This document shows, piece after piece, positions 1-8,624 of a DNA stretch of 64,000 bases. The notes beneath the pieces are model-generated. The model saw nothing but the letters and a program-made list of their open reading frames with translations, searched no databases and was not told where the DNA came from. The first letter of the stretch is position 1; every line of letters starts with the position of its first letter. The position numbers and the translations under genes are program-made. This DNA is from Candidatus Poriferihabitaceae bacterium (GTDB lineage Bacteria > Pseudomonadota > Gammaproteobacteria > Arenicellales > Poriferihabitantaceae), in the NCBI GenBank assembly GCA_965208975.1, contig CBDBQH010000001.1, forward strand, positions 580,236 through 644,235, given 5' to 3'.

Positions 1-108
1 GAATTTCGCTTCACCCTCTGCCGACAGTATATGAACATGCCTGCGAGTTTCCTCTCTTGAAAAAAAGAAAAATCGATAGCCATCTGCTTTGAAAATTGTG
101 GGACTCAT
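1..108 (-). CDS. DUF4160-family small protein, N-terminal part (gene runs off the left edge of the window)
   Basis: The reverse complement of 1-108 starts with ATG (108-106) and reads MSPTIFKADGYRFFFFSREETRRHVHILSAEGEAKF with no stop. The G-Y-R-F-F-F-x-S-x-E ... H-V-H pattern is what I recall for DUF4160 proteins. It lies on the same strand as cas9, 21 nt after the cas9 stop. It is absent from the ORF track because the window edge truncates it. Confidence 0.55.
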   Translation of the reverse strand, partial: MSPTIFKADGYRFFFFSREETRRHVHILSAEGEAKF

Positions 109-129
109 GAAATACGTCTCGTTGTATGG

Positions 130-3100
130 CTAGCCTACCAGCCAGTCCTTTACTCTGCGGGATTTACTTACTGTGAATGTAATTACCTTACCATCCGAGT
201 TGGTTTCAATTGATACTTCCCGACGGTCATTGGGTAGAGCAAGAGGAGTATCAAACCATTTGTATTGCGAAGACAAGCAATGGTAGTTGTCATTTTTATC
301 CTGGTCTTGTGCATTTTCCAGTTCATCTTCATTTTCATGGCAGATGACCTTCCCTTGCCAGAAAGGCTTATCTTGTGGAAGCGACAAATTCTCTATGCAG
401 GAAGCTGTGAGACTTACCACACACCTGCCCGCATCCTTGTTCATAACTTTGGCATCTTTTATCTCAACCTTTGTCAGATTATCAGGCAGTTTGATTTCTT
501 CTACAGGAACTTCCTTCCATTCAAGAGGTTCCAAATCCCAACTATCAGGAATACCGGTGTAGTGCTTTATTGGTACTGAGTTCTTACTTATTATAGTGTG
601 CGGTCTATCCTTCCCAGCATAACCGTATTTTCCCAGACTCTCCTCAGCAACTACTTGGACAATTGATGTTTTATCCCAGGACTCTCTTTGTAGACGAATG
701 CTTCCAATGGTTGATTTAACGGGCAAAGAGAAGACTTTTCTTACTTTGTTATGACTATTTTCAGATTGGTTGTTTTTAAACAGCGAACAGTTTTTAGCAA
801 AATCGTGGAAATCTTTTTCTTTGTGTACTTCTAAAAGACACTGATGAAACTTTAACCACTCATAATAAGCAGGCAATAAAACCCCATCTTTCTTGTAATC
901 TTCTTCTTTGATACATTTTGTCCAACGCTCAAGGGCTTCCCCAACTGTTTTTGGAGGTTTATTCTTTTGAGTAAGTACCTTCTCCAACGGCTTTTTGATG
1001 GTTTGATAGGTTAGCTTATGTATAATTTTCGCGATTTTGATTTCTTGCTCACTTGCGCCTACTGCACCTATTTCAATCAAAAACTGTTGACAGTTTCTTT
1101 TCAGGATATTCCAGGTTTTGTAGCACTCGTTTCTCGATGTTTGATGGATGAAATTGTTTTCCAGCAGTAACAAAAACTGATTGGTATTAAAATCTACACA
1201 GTTGGAGTGGTTGAACCCCTTCTTGAATGTTCCGTCTTTGAATTCCAGAATAGGGAAGAAGTTTTCTTTAAAAATACTGTCACGATGGATTTGATAATTG
1301 ATAGAGGGTTTTTTGTGTTTAGCAATCATTTTCCGGTGGTGCGTTTCAACAGTATAGGCTTTTCTTCTTTTTAGTTCCTCCAGAGGTTTCATTTCGCCCG
1401 GTTTAATTTCAACCGAACCGAAGATAGTCTTCTGAAATATCTCGCCCGTACCTTTGTCTAGCGGCCAGAGGCGGTGTTCATGGGCGGCAAGTTTCAGACT
1501 GCCTTCATTCTTGTGTGCATCGGCCATCATACAGAAAGCTAGCTGAGCGTCAATCAGGTGGGAATAAGGGAGTTGTTTCTGCCCCTCTTTCTTGGAGTAT
1601 TTTTCGTCTAACAAACCAGCTTTTTCATGCGCTGTGCGTAGATCTTTGATGCCGTCACCCCTTGTGTTCGGTTGTGCTTCCACGCCAAAAAAGTCAAAAG
1701 ACAGTAAACTCTGTCTGCCGATAGTTCGGGCTTTTTTATGGAGGTTGTTCGCAATTATTTCGGCGAAATAGCGTTGTGTGCCGTTGACCAGCGTTCGAGT
1801 GCGGTGGTCAATGGCGTTGATGACTTTTTCACGCAAGGGATGTCCTATCAAAAACAAGGCATGGCGGAAGGCTATTTGCTGGCATTCGGTCAGATTGATG
1901 AAGCTTCGGTATCGTCCGAACTTGAAACTTTCTCCTTCTTCATTGCCGATTTGATCGATGATCCAGTTTTTTATTTCATCATCACTCTTTCCGGGGAACT
2001 GTTTCTGCTTGTAAGCAGAATTGAGGTCTGCCAGTGAAAATTCATTATCTTTCTTAACGTTTTTGTTGCCCTCCTCACTTGCCCAGATGAGATTCGCTTC
2101 GTCATTCAAAGTGCCCCACCCGGAGGAACGGGGAATAATGTGATCTTTATCACCGTCCTTTCCTAAAGATTTGCCGGTATACGGACATATACCGAAACTA
2201 CCTCTAATACGATTATCCTTGTCATCAGCAAGTTGTCTCTGTCCTTCATCCCTGCTTTTGCTCTCATTACCTTTTACGGGTTTACCCTTTATTTCTTTCA
2301 GGCTTGGTTCAAATTCAAATCGGTTCGATTCGGTGATGATAGGTATACGAACACGCATCCCTGCTTCCAACTCACATTTAATCTTTTTCCATTTATCTTC
2401 CGCTATGGCGCCACCGACAATTCGAGCCATGCGCATGACGGCGCCATCAATCAGACGAGTGGGGATAGCAGGTAATCGCTGGGATTTTGCAGAGTGCTCA
2501 ATTGGGCCATTACCTTTGGAGATTTCAACGGATTGCATGCGATAAGCGTTATCTGTGCTGCATACTGCACAGGTATTGGAGTTGCCACTACGATCTTTGA
2601 AAACAATGTTGTTGATTTGAGCGAATGCGAAGGGAGATCGGAATTTTCCGATTTTTTGAGTGAGAACTTCTTCCTCAACTTCGCCAAACAAAGCCTTACC
2701 TACTTCTTCTGAGATTTTTTCTAGGGACTTATTCAGCTTACCGAGTGGGGCATTCTTTTCGGCGGCATCCATGCGTGTCTTTAGTGCACCCCTATGCTCT
2801 TTTTGAGCCTTAGCAGATTCTCTGCATAAAGTGGGTAATCCATGGAATCTCTTAAGCCATTTCGCCAGACGATCGTCCAAATCAGCATCGCTCTGGCCTC
2901 CGATAATTTGTTGTAAGTGTGCAGGTGAGACTTGTAAAACGCCTGCAATATCATAAAAAGATTGATATTTTTTCTGTCTCGGCTTGTGGTTGCAGTAAGT
3001 CAGCAAGCAATTTTTGTCATCAAAGCGTCCGGTGTTCACATAACCCTGGTTTTTGACATAGCGGTATTCCGGTTGGATAAATAATCTGCCAGCTTTGGCG

Positions 3101-5088
3101 CGTTGTCTTTGTTTGTAGTATTTGCAAACCAGATGCAGGAACGTTCCTTCCTTAAATAACCCTTCGTCACTGTAATCTCTGTCTGTTTTTAACTCATTCT
3201 GCAGGCAGGATTTTCCAATCGCTTCATCCAGATTGTTTTTAGCCGATTGCCTTTCTTGCTCTGTCGATTGCTCTTGTCGCCACTTCAGTTGGCGCCACTT
3301 TTTAGCATGGCTGTAAATTTCATTCAGGTTGAGCGGGTCATCCGCTTTTACCCGGTCGAAAATGAATTGCAGGGTCCGGGCATCCAATGCTTCAAGGATA
3401 CGTCTTTCCTGATTACTTGCTTTTAACTCTTGTCGGCTCTTTTTCTTTCCTCTTTTCGTTACCTCTTTAGCTTCCTTATCTGAGAAATATGGGTTTCTTT
3501 TACCGCTTTTCAGGTCTTTGAGTTGGTCCTCAAAATCATCCAGATACCCCGCAACGGCTTCCAGGCTTTTAAGTTCTGCCAGCCAGTTTTGCCAATCAGG
3601 GTATTGCTTATCCAGAAATTTCGGATTCAGTATCAGACTTTGGCACTTGGGTGGACGGCGATTGTTATTGTCTTGATAGGGTGGGATGGTGAGGAGAGGG
3701 TCAGTCTCCAGCCAGAAATCAACGACTGTATTCGGATTCGCTTTTTTATGACTGTTCCAGTCTTGCTTTAGTTTTTCGTAATCGCCTGGGTTGCCGGTAG
3801 CTTTGTCCTTGTCTTTGTCCAGGTTTACCCTCCATTCCCGCAAAATCCAGCGATTAAAAATTTTGTTTAGATGTGTTTCGCACCAGTAATCGGACTTTTG
3901 GTGTTTTTTGTCGTTGAAGTATTTACGTAATGGCTTGAGTTCCAGATTGCTGAGATGGCTGATTAAACGGCTGAGTTTTTCTTCACCCATCCTCTGGTGA
4001 TGACCTGATTTCAGTTTCGTACAAAATCGGTCTATATAGTCATCCCCAATCCGTGTTCCGTCTTTCTTTCTGCCTTTTGTCCTTTCGTTCCGCAAAACTT
4101 TCCTTACCTCGTCAAAGTACTTGCGACGATGGCGGCCACCTGATTCCAGTTCATTGAGCGTTTTATGTAAGGCATAAGCCAGATGTTGGAGGTGGAGCCT
4201 GGTATCAATGTTTGTTGAATCTAATAGTTTCTCCCCGTTTTTTTCAAAATCAAAATTCCCGATTGGATTAAAGAGCCATTCTTTTTGTTCTTGTGGAAGC
4301 GTCTCTTTAATTTCTACAGCAACTTGCGCAGGATTATTATTAATAAATGACAGGATATTAAATGTTCCACCTTTGTTGTATGTGGCGGTTATTTCCTCAT
4401 TTTGATCGTTGTGGAATGTATATTCCTCGGACTCCATTCTGTTTTTGAGATATGGTAATCCGTAGAATATTTTTTCAAAAATATCTTTAGGAGTTTCACC
4501 TAGCTTTACAGAGTTGATACCTTCTTTGATGATGTCTTCGTCAGTTTCCTTCTCCAGGCAAACTTTGCGAATTTTTTCGTAGTAAGCCGTCAATAAGATT
4601 GCGTCAAAGTATTTCCGTACCTTTCCTTCGCCCTCGTTAGCCCATTCAGTCAAGGCGTTGGCAAAGTCGCGTTCACCATTTTTGTTCTCATTTTTCAGTT
4701 CGTCTGGCAATAGCTCATACGCTTCTCTCGGAAACTGACTCAATGCTTCTTTATCGTATTCTTCCGTTAAAAAGGTGAACCCCCGACGATTGAGCAGGAA
4801 ACTGGTGGTCTGCTGGACATCTTGATCCCACTCCAGCTTGAAATGTTTTTCCCATATCAGTTTGAACAGACGTTTGACCATCTGGCGACGGTCATAGCCT
4901 CGTCGCTGGTGGCGCGCCGCGGTTCTATTCTCCATTAACAGCGTATATTTGTCTTTCTCAAGAATATAAACCTTGCCTTCCTTCTCAATATTCTCAATCG
5001 AACTGCCTTCTTCATAGTGAGCAAAATAAACTCCGGTGTTTTTGGCACCAAGATCAATGGAGATGGGACTAATGGATTTGTTTGACAT
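130..5088 (-). CDS. cas9: Cas9 endonuclease, type II-B (Francisella novicida Cas9-like), 1652 aa
   Basis: N-terminal RuvC-I motif ISIDLGAKNTGV (D12) is followed by an Arg-rich bridge helix RTAARHQRRGYDRRQMVKRLFKLIW. RuvC-II is IPIITESNRFEFEP (E920). HNH is DKDHIIPRS..GTLNDEANLI..EGNKNVKK (H983, N1008; the His codon is nt 2140-2142). RuvC-III is YSHLIDAQLAF (H1177, D1180). Long collinear blocks match FnCas9 as I remember it: NLELKPLRKYFNDK, TIPPYQDNNNRRPPKCQSLILNPKFLD, GTFLHLVCKYYKQRQRA, LLTYCNHKPRQK, NTCAVCS, AKSQRLPAIPTRLIDGAV, VNGTQRYFAE. The gene is visibly more AT-rich than the neighbouring housekeeping genes. Confidence 0.93.
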   Translation of the reverse strand: MSNKSISPISIDLGAKNTGVYFAHYEEGSSIENIEKEGKVYILEKDKYTLLMENRTAARHQRRGYDRRQMVKRLFKLIWEKHFKLEWDQDVQQTTSFLLNRRGFTFLTEEYDKEALSQFPREAYELLPDELKNENKNGERDFANALTEWANEGEGKVRKYFDAILLTAYYEKIRKVCLEKETDEDIIKEGINSVKLGETPKDIFEKIFYGLPYLKNRMESEEYTFHNDQNEEITATYNKGGTFNILSFINNNPAQVAVEIKETLPQEQKEWLFNPIGNFDFEKNGEKLLDSTNIDTRLHLQHLAYALHKTLNELESGGRHRRKYFDEVRKVLRNERTKGRKKDGTRIGDDYIDRFCTKLKSGHHQRMGEEKLSRLISHLSNLELKPLRKYFNDKKHQKSDYWCETHLNKIFNRWILREWRVNLDKDKDKATGNPGDYEKLKQDWNSHKKANPNTVVDFWLETDPLLTIPPYQDNNNRRPPKCQSLILNPKFLDKQYPDWQNWLAELKSLEAVAGYLDDFEDQLKDLKSGKRNPYFSDKEAKEVTKRGKKKSRQELKASNQERRILEALDARTLQFIFDRVKADDPLNLNEIYSHAKKWRQLKWRQEQSTEQERQSAKNNLDEAIGKSCLQNELKTDRDYSDEGLFKEGTFLHLVCKYYKQRQRAKAGRLFIQPEYRYVKNQGYVNTGRFDDKNCLLTYCNHKPRQKKYQSFYDIAGVLQVSPAHLQQIIGGQSDADLDDRLAKWLKRFHGLPTLCRESAKAQKEHRGALKTRMDAAEKNAPLGKLNKSLEKISEEVGKALFGEVEEEVLTQKIGKFRSPFAFAQINNIVFKDRSGNSNTCAVCSTDNAYRMQSVEISKGNGPIEHSAKSQRLPAIPTRLIDGAVMRMARIVGGAIAEDKWKKIKCELEAGMRVRIPIITESNRFEFEPSLKEIKGKPVKGNESKSRDEGQRQLADDKDNRIRGSFGICPYTGKSLGKDGDKDHIIPRSSGWGTLNDEANLIWASEEGNKNVKKDNEFSLADLNSAYKQKQFPGKSDDEIKNWIIDQIGNEEGESFKFGRYRSFINLTECQQIAFRHALFLIGHPLREKVINAIDHRTRTLVNGTQRYFAEIIANNLHKKARTIGRQSLLSFDFFGVEAQPNTRGDGIKDLRTAHEKAGLLDEKYSKKEGQKQLPYSHLIDAQLAFCMMADAHKNEGSLKLAAHEHRLWPLDKGTGEIFQKTIFGSVEIKPGEMKPLEELKRRKAYTVETHHRKMIAKHKKPSINYQIHRDSIFKENFFPILEFKDGTFKKGFNHSNCVDFNTNQFLLLLENNFIHQTSRNECYKTWNILKRNCQQFLIEIGAVGASEQEIKIAKIIHKLTYQTIKKPLEKVLTQKNKPPKTVGEALERWTKCIKEEDYKKDGVLLPAYYEWLKFHQCLLEVHKEKDFHDFAKNCSLFKNNQSENSHNKVRKVFSLPVKSTIGSIRLQRESWDKTSIVQVVAEESLGKYGYAGKDRPHTIISKNSVPIKHYTGIPDSWDLEPLEWKEVPVEEIKLPDNLTKVEIKDAKVMNKDAGRCVVSLTASCIENLSLPQDKPFWQGKVICHENEDELENAQDQDKNDNYHCLSSQYKWFDTPLALPNDRREVSIETNSDGKVITFTVSKSRRVKDWLVG

Positions 5089-5174
5089 AAGATTTGTTGT
5101 GTCGGGTTTGGATTCGGGGAAGGGGGTTATTCAGTTTTCCGCATAGTATAGATATTCGCAACGAGTAACAAGAT

Positions 5175-5203
5175 ATTGTCATTTTCGATACTGTCATTTT
5201 CAA
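5175..5203 (-). promoter_or_regulatory. Candidate sigma70 promoter for cas9 (TTGAAA-17 nt-GACAAT), overlapped by two GAAAATGACA direct repeats
   Basis: On the minus strand, TTGAAA is the reverse complement of 5198-5203 and GACAAT is the reverse complement of 5175-5180, with a 17-nt spacer. The 10-mer TGTCATTTTC (plus strand) occurs twice, at 5177-5186 and 5192-5201. One copy sits on each promoter hexamer. This is a pattern match only. Confidence 0.3.
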
Positions 5204-5282
5204 CAGCGAATAACTCTGGAACGGTTCGGTGAGCGTCTGTCCGTGGTTTATAGCCTATAGCCGGGCTGACCGCTCTTTCCAT

Positions 5283-5492
5283 TCAGGTTTGGGGTGAGGA
5301 ATGTTCCTGCACAAAAGACATCAGGCTCGGAATGCCGGGCTCGTAGTCATATCCTCTGATTTGCCAGACATAACCGAGATGGGAGAGTTGCTCGAATTGA
5401 AAATACTCCTGTTCGCGCTGGCGGCCGGCCAGGTAAAGGGGCATTCCGCCACCCCCGGGCGTGAACAGGTATTCCATATCTATATCGCTCAT
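5283..5492 (-). pseudogene. 69-aa ORF; possible 5' remnant of an orphan ATP-binding (AAA-like) protein gene
   Basis: The N-terminus MEYLFTPGGGGMPLYLAGRQREQEYF resembles the F-x-P-G..P..L-A-G-R-x-x-E opening of stand-alone ATPase families. No P-loop follows, and the ORF ends after 69 aa. It lies exactly at the AT-rich/GC-rich junction. Confidence 0.25.
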
Positions 5493-5584
5493 TTTCGCTC
5501 TCCCTCAGATTGCGCCATCCTGCCTGAATCAAGGGGCATTGTCAAAAATGAGTAAGCAGTCCTATACTGTAAGTCCTATACTAT

Positions 5585-6968
5585 CTAAAGTCTCCCCATT
5601 TTTTATTTGATAGTTATATAAGCGTTTGAAAAGGTTGTAGAAAGGTTGGATATTGGATGGAATCAGAGTTCTGCTTCTGGTACAATGGTTTTGTCGTAAA
5701 CTACTGATACCAAAAGAGAACTCTGATGACTGATGATAGCCGGGAACGCAACAAATGGAAAGTGCGAATTGTGGATTGTGTGAATCAATCGAGTGAAGTG
5801 ATCAGTCAGCCGGTAGCCAAGCTGATGGCGGAGGTTGTGACGGGTATATTAGGCAGTGGGAGCTTGCAGTTATCGAGGATTGGGCGGAGTTTGAAAGAGC
5901 CGACCCGTCTGCATCACACGGTCAAGAGATTATCCCGGATGTTGGGGAAACATGGAGAGATTGCATGGGAAGCGGAAGAACGTTTACTGGAGCAGATGTC
6001 GGGGCGGGTGACGGACGAGATGGTGGTCGCGATAGACCCGGGAGATTTGAACCGGGAAGGCAGTAGCGCCAGTGAAGGGTTATGCCGGGTACGGGATGGA
6101 GACCGAGGAGATATTGTGAATGGTTATCCGTTATTGAGTGTGGTGGCTCGCTGTTTGGATAGTGGCCAGACATTGCCGTTGCTGACTCGATTGTTGTCGA
6201 GTGTTCGAGGTTCTTACAAGAGCGAGAATCGGGATATTGTGAATGTCATGGAGCGGGTACAGGGGAGTTTGGAGAGTCGTCCTTTATGGGTGATAGACCG
6301 GGGCGGAGACCGGGGTGTTTTATGGGATTACTGGTTACGGGGAGATTGGAGGATTGTGGTACGGGCGGCCAATCTTCGTCACTGGTTATGGAGAGGGTCA
6401 AAGAGAACGGCGCAACAGATTGCGTGTCAGTTGCCGTTGAAGCATCGGGGTTCGTTGAAGAAGGAGCGTAAGGAATCGGTACGTTTTGGCATGACCACGG
6501 TATTTTTGAAAGATCATCCGGATACGCCGTTGTCGATGGTTGTGGTGCGTCATGGCAAACAACAACCGATGGTACTGGTCAGTACCGAGCGGATACGGGG
6601 TCGTTTGCAAGGGGAGCGATTGATTCAATCGTATATGGGTCGTTGGGCCTGTAAGGTTCAAGCCCGGAAACTGGCGACCTTGCAGAATCTGGTTGCACTG
6701 TCGACGTTAGCCTGGGGATTGCTGGCCTGTCACCAGAATCAGGGGCAGAAACTCATCTACAAGGCGAAACGGCAAAAGAGTCACAAACCCCTGGTTTTCC
6801 CGTTCTATACGCTGTTATCGGGCTGGCAGGCGTTATTTGCGGATGCCAAAACCCTTTTCTATGACTGGTGGAGAAAACCCAAACGCCCTCCGCCCAGACA
6901 GGCTGACCTGTTCATCAATAACGGGCGGCTTGTGCCCAGCCTCTCATGAAAAAATGGGGAGACCCTAG
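5585..6968 (+). mobile_element. IS4/IS701-like insertion sequence, 1384 bp, single transposase ORF
   Basis: Terminal inverted repeats are CTAAAGTCTCCCCATTTTTT (5585-5604) and AAAAAATGGGGAGACCCTAG (6949-6968), matching 18/20. Flanking direct repeats are CTATACTAT (5576-5584) and CTATACTGT (6969-6977), consistent with a 9-bp target duplication (8/9). Confidence 0.75.
5726..6949 (+). CDS. DDE transposase (IS4/IS701-like)
   Basis: The 407-aa ORF lies between the IS inverted repeats. Acidic motifs VAIDPGD and WVIDRGGD fit DDE residues D1 and D2. The YMGRWAC motif is present, but the Glu expected just after it (Y-x2-R-x3-E-x6-K signature) is not seen; the sequence reads KVQARK. Activity is therefore uncertain. 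Confidence 0.8.
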   Translation: MTDDSRERNKWKVRIVDCVNQSSEVISQPVAKLMAEVVTGILGSGSLQLSRIGRSLKEPTRLHHTVKRLSRMLGKHGEIAWEAEERLLEQMSGRVTDEMVVAIDPGDLNREGSSASEGLCRVRDGDRGDIVNGYPLLSVVARCLDSGQTLPLLTRLLSSVRGSYKSENRDIVNVMERVQGSLESRPLWVIDRGGDRGVLWDYWLRGDWRIVVRAANLRHWLWRGSKRTAQQIACQLPLKHRGSLKKERKESVRFGMTTVFLKDHPDTPLSMVVVRHGKQQPMVLVSTERIRGRLQGERLIQSYMGRWACKVQARKLATLQNLVALSTLAWGLLACHQNQGQKLIYKAKRQKSHKPLVFPFYTLLSGWQALFADAKTLFYDWWRKPKRPPPRQADLFINNGRLVPSLS

Positions 6969-6980
6969 CTATACTGTAAC

Positions 6981-7009
6981 TTGACCTGATGAGAGGTTTC
7001 AAAGATAAT
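6981..7009 (+). promoter_or_regulatory. Candidate recA sigma70 promoter TTGACC-17 nt-GATAAT
   Basis: TTGACC is at 6981-6986 and GATAAT at 7004-7009, with an exact 17-nt spacer, about 100 nt upstream of the recA ATG. The -35 starts 12 nt after the IS right end. Confidence 0.4.
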
Positions 7010-7111
7010 CGCGCAATCGCTCCCGGACTGGATTCCATCTTCTACGGTGATCTTTTATCTACACCCGTACAATCGGGTCAACCTGCACTTAAACCCTTAC
7101 AGGAAATACAA

Positions 7112-8152
7112 ATGGATGATAATAAACGCAAGGCGCTGGAAGCCGCGCTGGGTCAGATAGACCGACAGTTCGGTAAAGGATCGGTCATGCGCCTGGGTGA
7201 TTCCGGCGTCGCCCAGGATATCCAGTCTTATTCCACAGGTTCGCTGGGGCTGGATATTGCCTTGGGGATTGGCGGGTTGCCGAGAGGCCGGGTCATTGAG
7301 GTTTACGGCCCCGAATCCTCCGGCAAAACGACACTGACTCTTTCGGTCATTGCCCAGGCGCAGAAACTCGGAGGTACTGCGGCCTTTATTGACGCCGAAC
7401 ATGCGCTGGACCCGGGTTATGCGGAGAAGCTCGGTGTCAATATCGACGATCTGCTGGTTTCCCAGCCGGACACCGGCGAACAGGCGCTGGAAATTGCCGA
7501 TATGCTGGTTCGTTCTGCGGCGGTTGACGTGGTCGTCGTTGACTCGGTCGCCGCGCTGACGCCCAAAGCTGAAATAGAAGGCGAAATGGGAGATCATCAT
7601 GTCGGATTGCAGGCCCGCTTGATGTCCCAGGCGTTGCGCAAGCTGACCGCCAATATCAAGCGTTCCAATACCATGGTTATTTTCATTAACCAGATCCGGA
7701 TGAAAATTGGCGTAATGTTCGGTAACCCGGAAACCACGACAGGCGGTAACGCATTGAAGTTCTACGCTTCGGTCAGACTGGATATCCGCCGCATCGGCGC
7801 CATCAAGAAGGGTGATGAAGTGCTTGGCAACCAGACCCGCGTAAAAGTGGTTAAAAACAAGGTCGCCCCACCGTTCAAACAGACTGAATTCGACATTCTG
7901 TATAACGAGGGAATCTCTAAACACGGTGAGTTGATTGATCTGGGAGTAGAGGTGGGCGCGATTGAAAAGTCTGGCGCCTGGTACAGCTACGGAGCGGAGC
8001 GAATCGGGCAGGGGAGAGATAATGTGCGCTTATACCTGAAGGAAAACCCGGATATTGCCGACCAGATAGAGAGCGCCGTGAAGGAGAAAAAAGGTCTCAA
8101 TCCCAACGGCATCGCTGAAAATGATTCAAAATCCACTCCGAAGCCAAAGTGA
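7112..8152 (+). CDS. recA: Recombinase RecA
   Basis: [30 protein letters not shown], Walker [11 protein letters not shown], and [38 protein letters not shown]. The start is set at ATG 7112 (AGGAAA RBS), not at the upstream ORF-track start 6989. Confidence 0.97.
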   Translation: MDDNKRKALEAALGQIDRQFGKGSVMRLGDSGVAQDIQSYSTGSLGLDIALGIGGLPRGRVIEVYGPESSGKTTLTLSVIAQAQKLGGTAAFIDAEHALDPGYAEKLGVNIDDLLVSQPDTGEQALEIADMLVRSAAVDVVVVDSVAALTPKAEIEGEMGDHHVGLQARLMSQALRKLTANIKRSNTMVIFINQIRMKIGVMFGNPETTTGGNALKFYASVRLDIRRIGAIKKGDEVLGNQTRVKVVKNKVAPPFKQTEFDILYNEGISKHGELIDLGVEVGAIEKSGAWYSYGAERIGQGRDNVRLYLKENPDIADQIESAVKEKKGLNPNGIAENDSKSTPKPK

Positions 8153-8607
8153 GCATTCAATTATTTTGTGAAGAAACATTGATCAAAGCGTTGACTGATC
8201 GTGCACTGGAGTACTTGACCAGACGCGAACACAGCGCCTGGGAGCTGGGCAGAAAACTTGAAAGTCATGGGTCGTCCGATGCTATCGAGCGAGTCATTGA
8301 TCGGCTACAGAGTCGTGGTGAACAGTCCGACACCCGATTTGCTGAAATGTTATGCCGGTCGCGCTTCAACGGCGGTAAAGGCCCGGCCCGATTGCTGCAC
8401 GAACTGCGGGAACACCGGATTGATGACGAAATAATTTCTGCCGCGATGCGAGAATACGAGGAGCGCTGGACCGAGCTTGCGGCTCAGGTAAGGTCAAAAA
8501 AATTCGGTGAGGCGGCGCCGGCGAGCCTGCGGGAGTGGAGCCGGCAGGCGCGATTCCTGCGACAACGCGGGTTTTCGGCCAGCCACTTCGGACGCTATGA
8601 AGAATAG
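8149..8607 (+). CDS. recX: RecA regulator RecX
   Basis: 152-aa helical-repeat protein immediately after recA, with a GTGA start/stop overlap. This is the classic recA-recX arrangement. The sequence ([18 protein letters not shown]...) is RecX-like. Confidence 0.88.
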   Translation: MSIQLFCEETLIKALTDRALEYLTRREHSAWELGRKLESHGSSDAIERVIDRLQSRGEQSDTRFAEMLCRSRFNGGKGPARLLHELREHRIDDEIISAAMREYEERWTELAAQVRSKKFGEAAPASLREWSRQARFLRQRGFSASHFGRYEE

Positions 8608-8624
8608 CGAATAAATTCTGAACC

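Noticed and set aside
5200-5262. Possible tracrRNA tail upstream of cas9. Short words (GAATAACT, GAACGG, CGTCTG) recall the 3' part of the F. novicida tracrRNA/sgRNA scaffold.
   Set aside because: The words occur in a different order. Only a 4-bp stem can be drawn. There is no terminator T-run and no anti-repeat partner. This is most likely chance.
5561-5584. A LexA/SOS box at the recA upstream site (TACTGTA...TACTGTA).
   Set aside because: The half-sites are direct rather than inverted (the right half should be TACAGTA). The spacing is one nt off the CTGT-N8-ACAG consensus. The motif is only contiguous after removing the IS in silico. It is reported as an unexplained tandem 14-mer instead.
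7097-7924. A 275-aa ORF antisense to recA. Similar long antisense or shadow ORFs lie inside alaS, acs, the adhesin, xdhB, res and nusA (for example 9672-10337, 20116-20826, 24886-25665, 39707-40432, 61552-62490).
   Set aside because: Each lies fully within a confidently identified gene on the other strand or frame and shows no motif of its own. These are typical GC-rich shadow ORFs.
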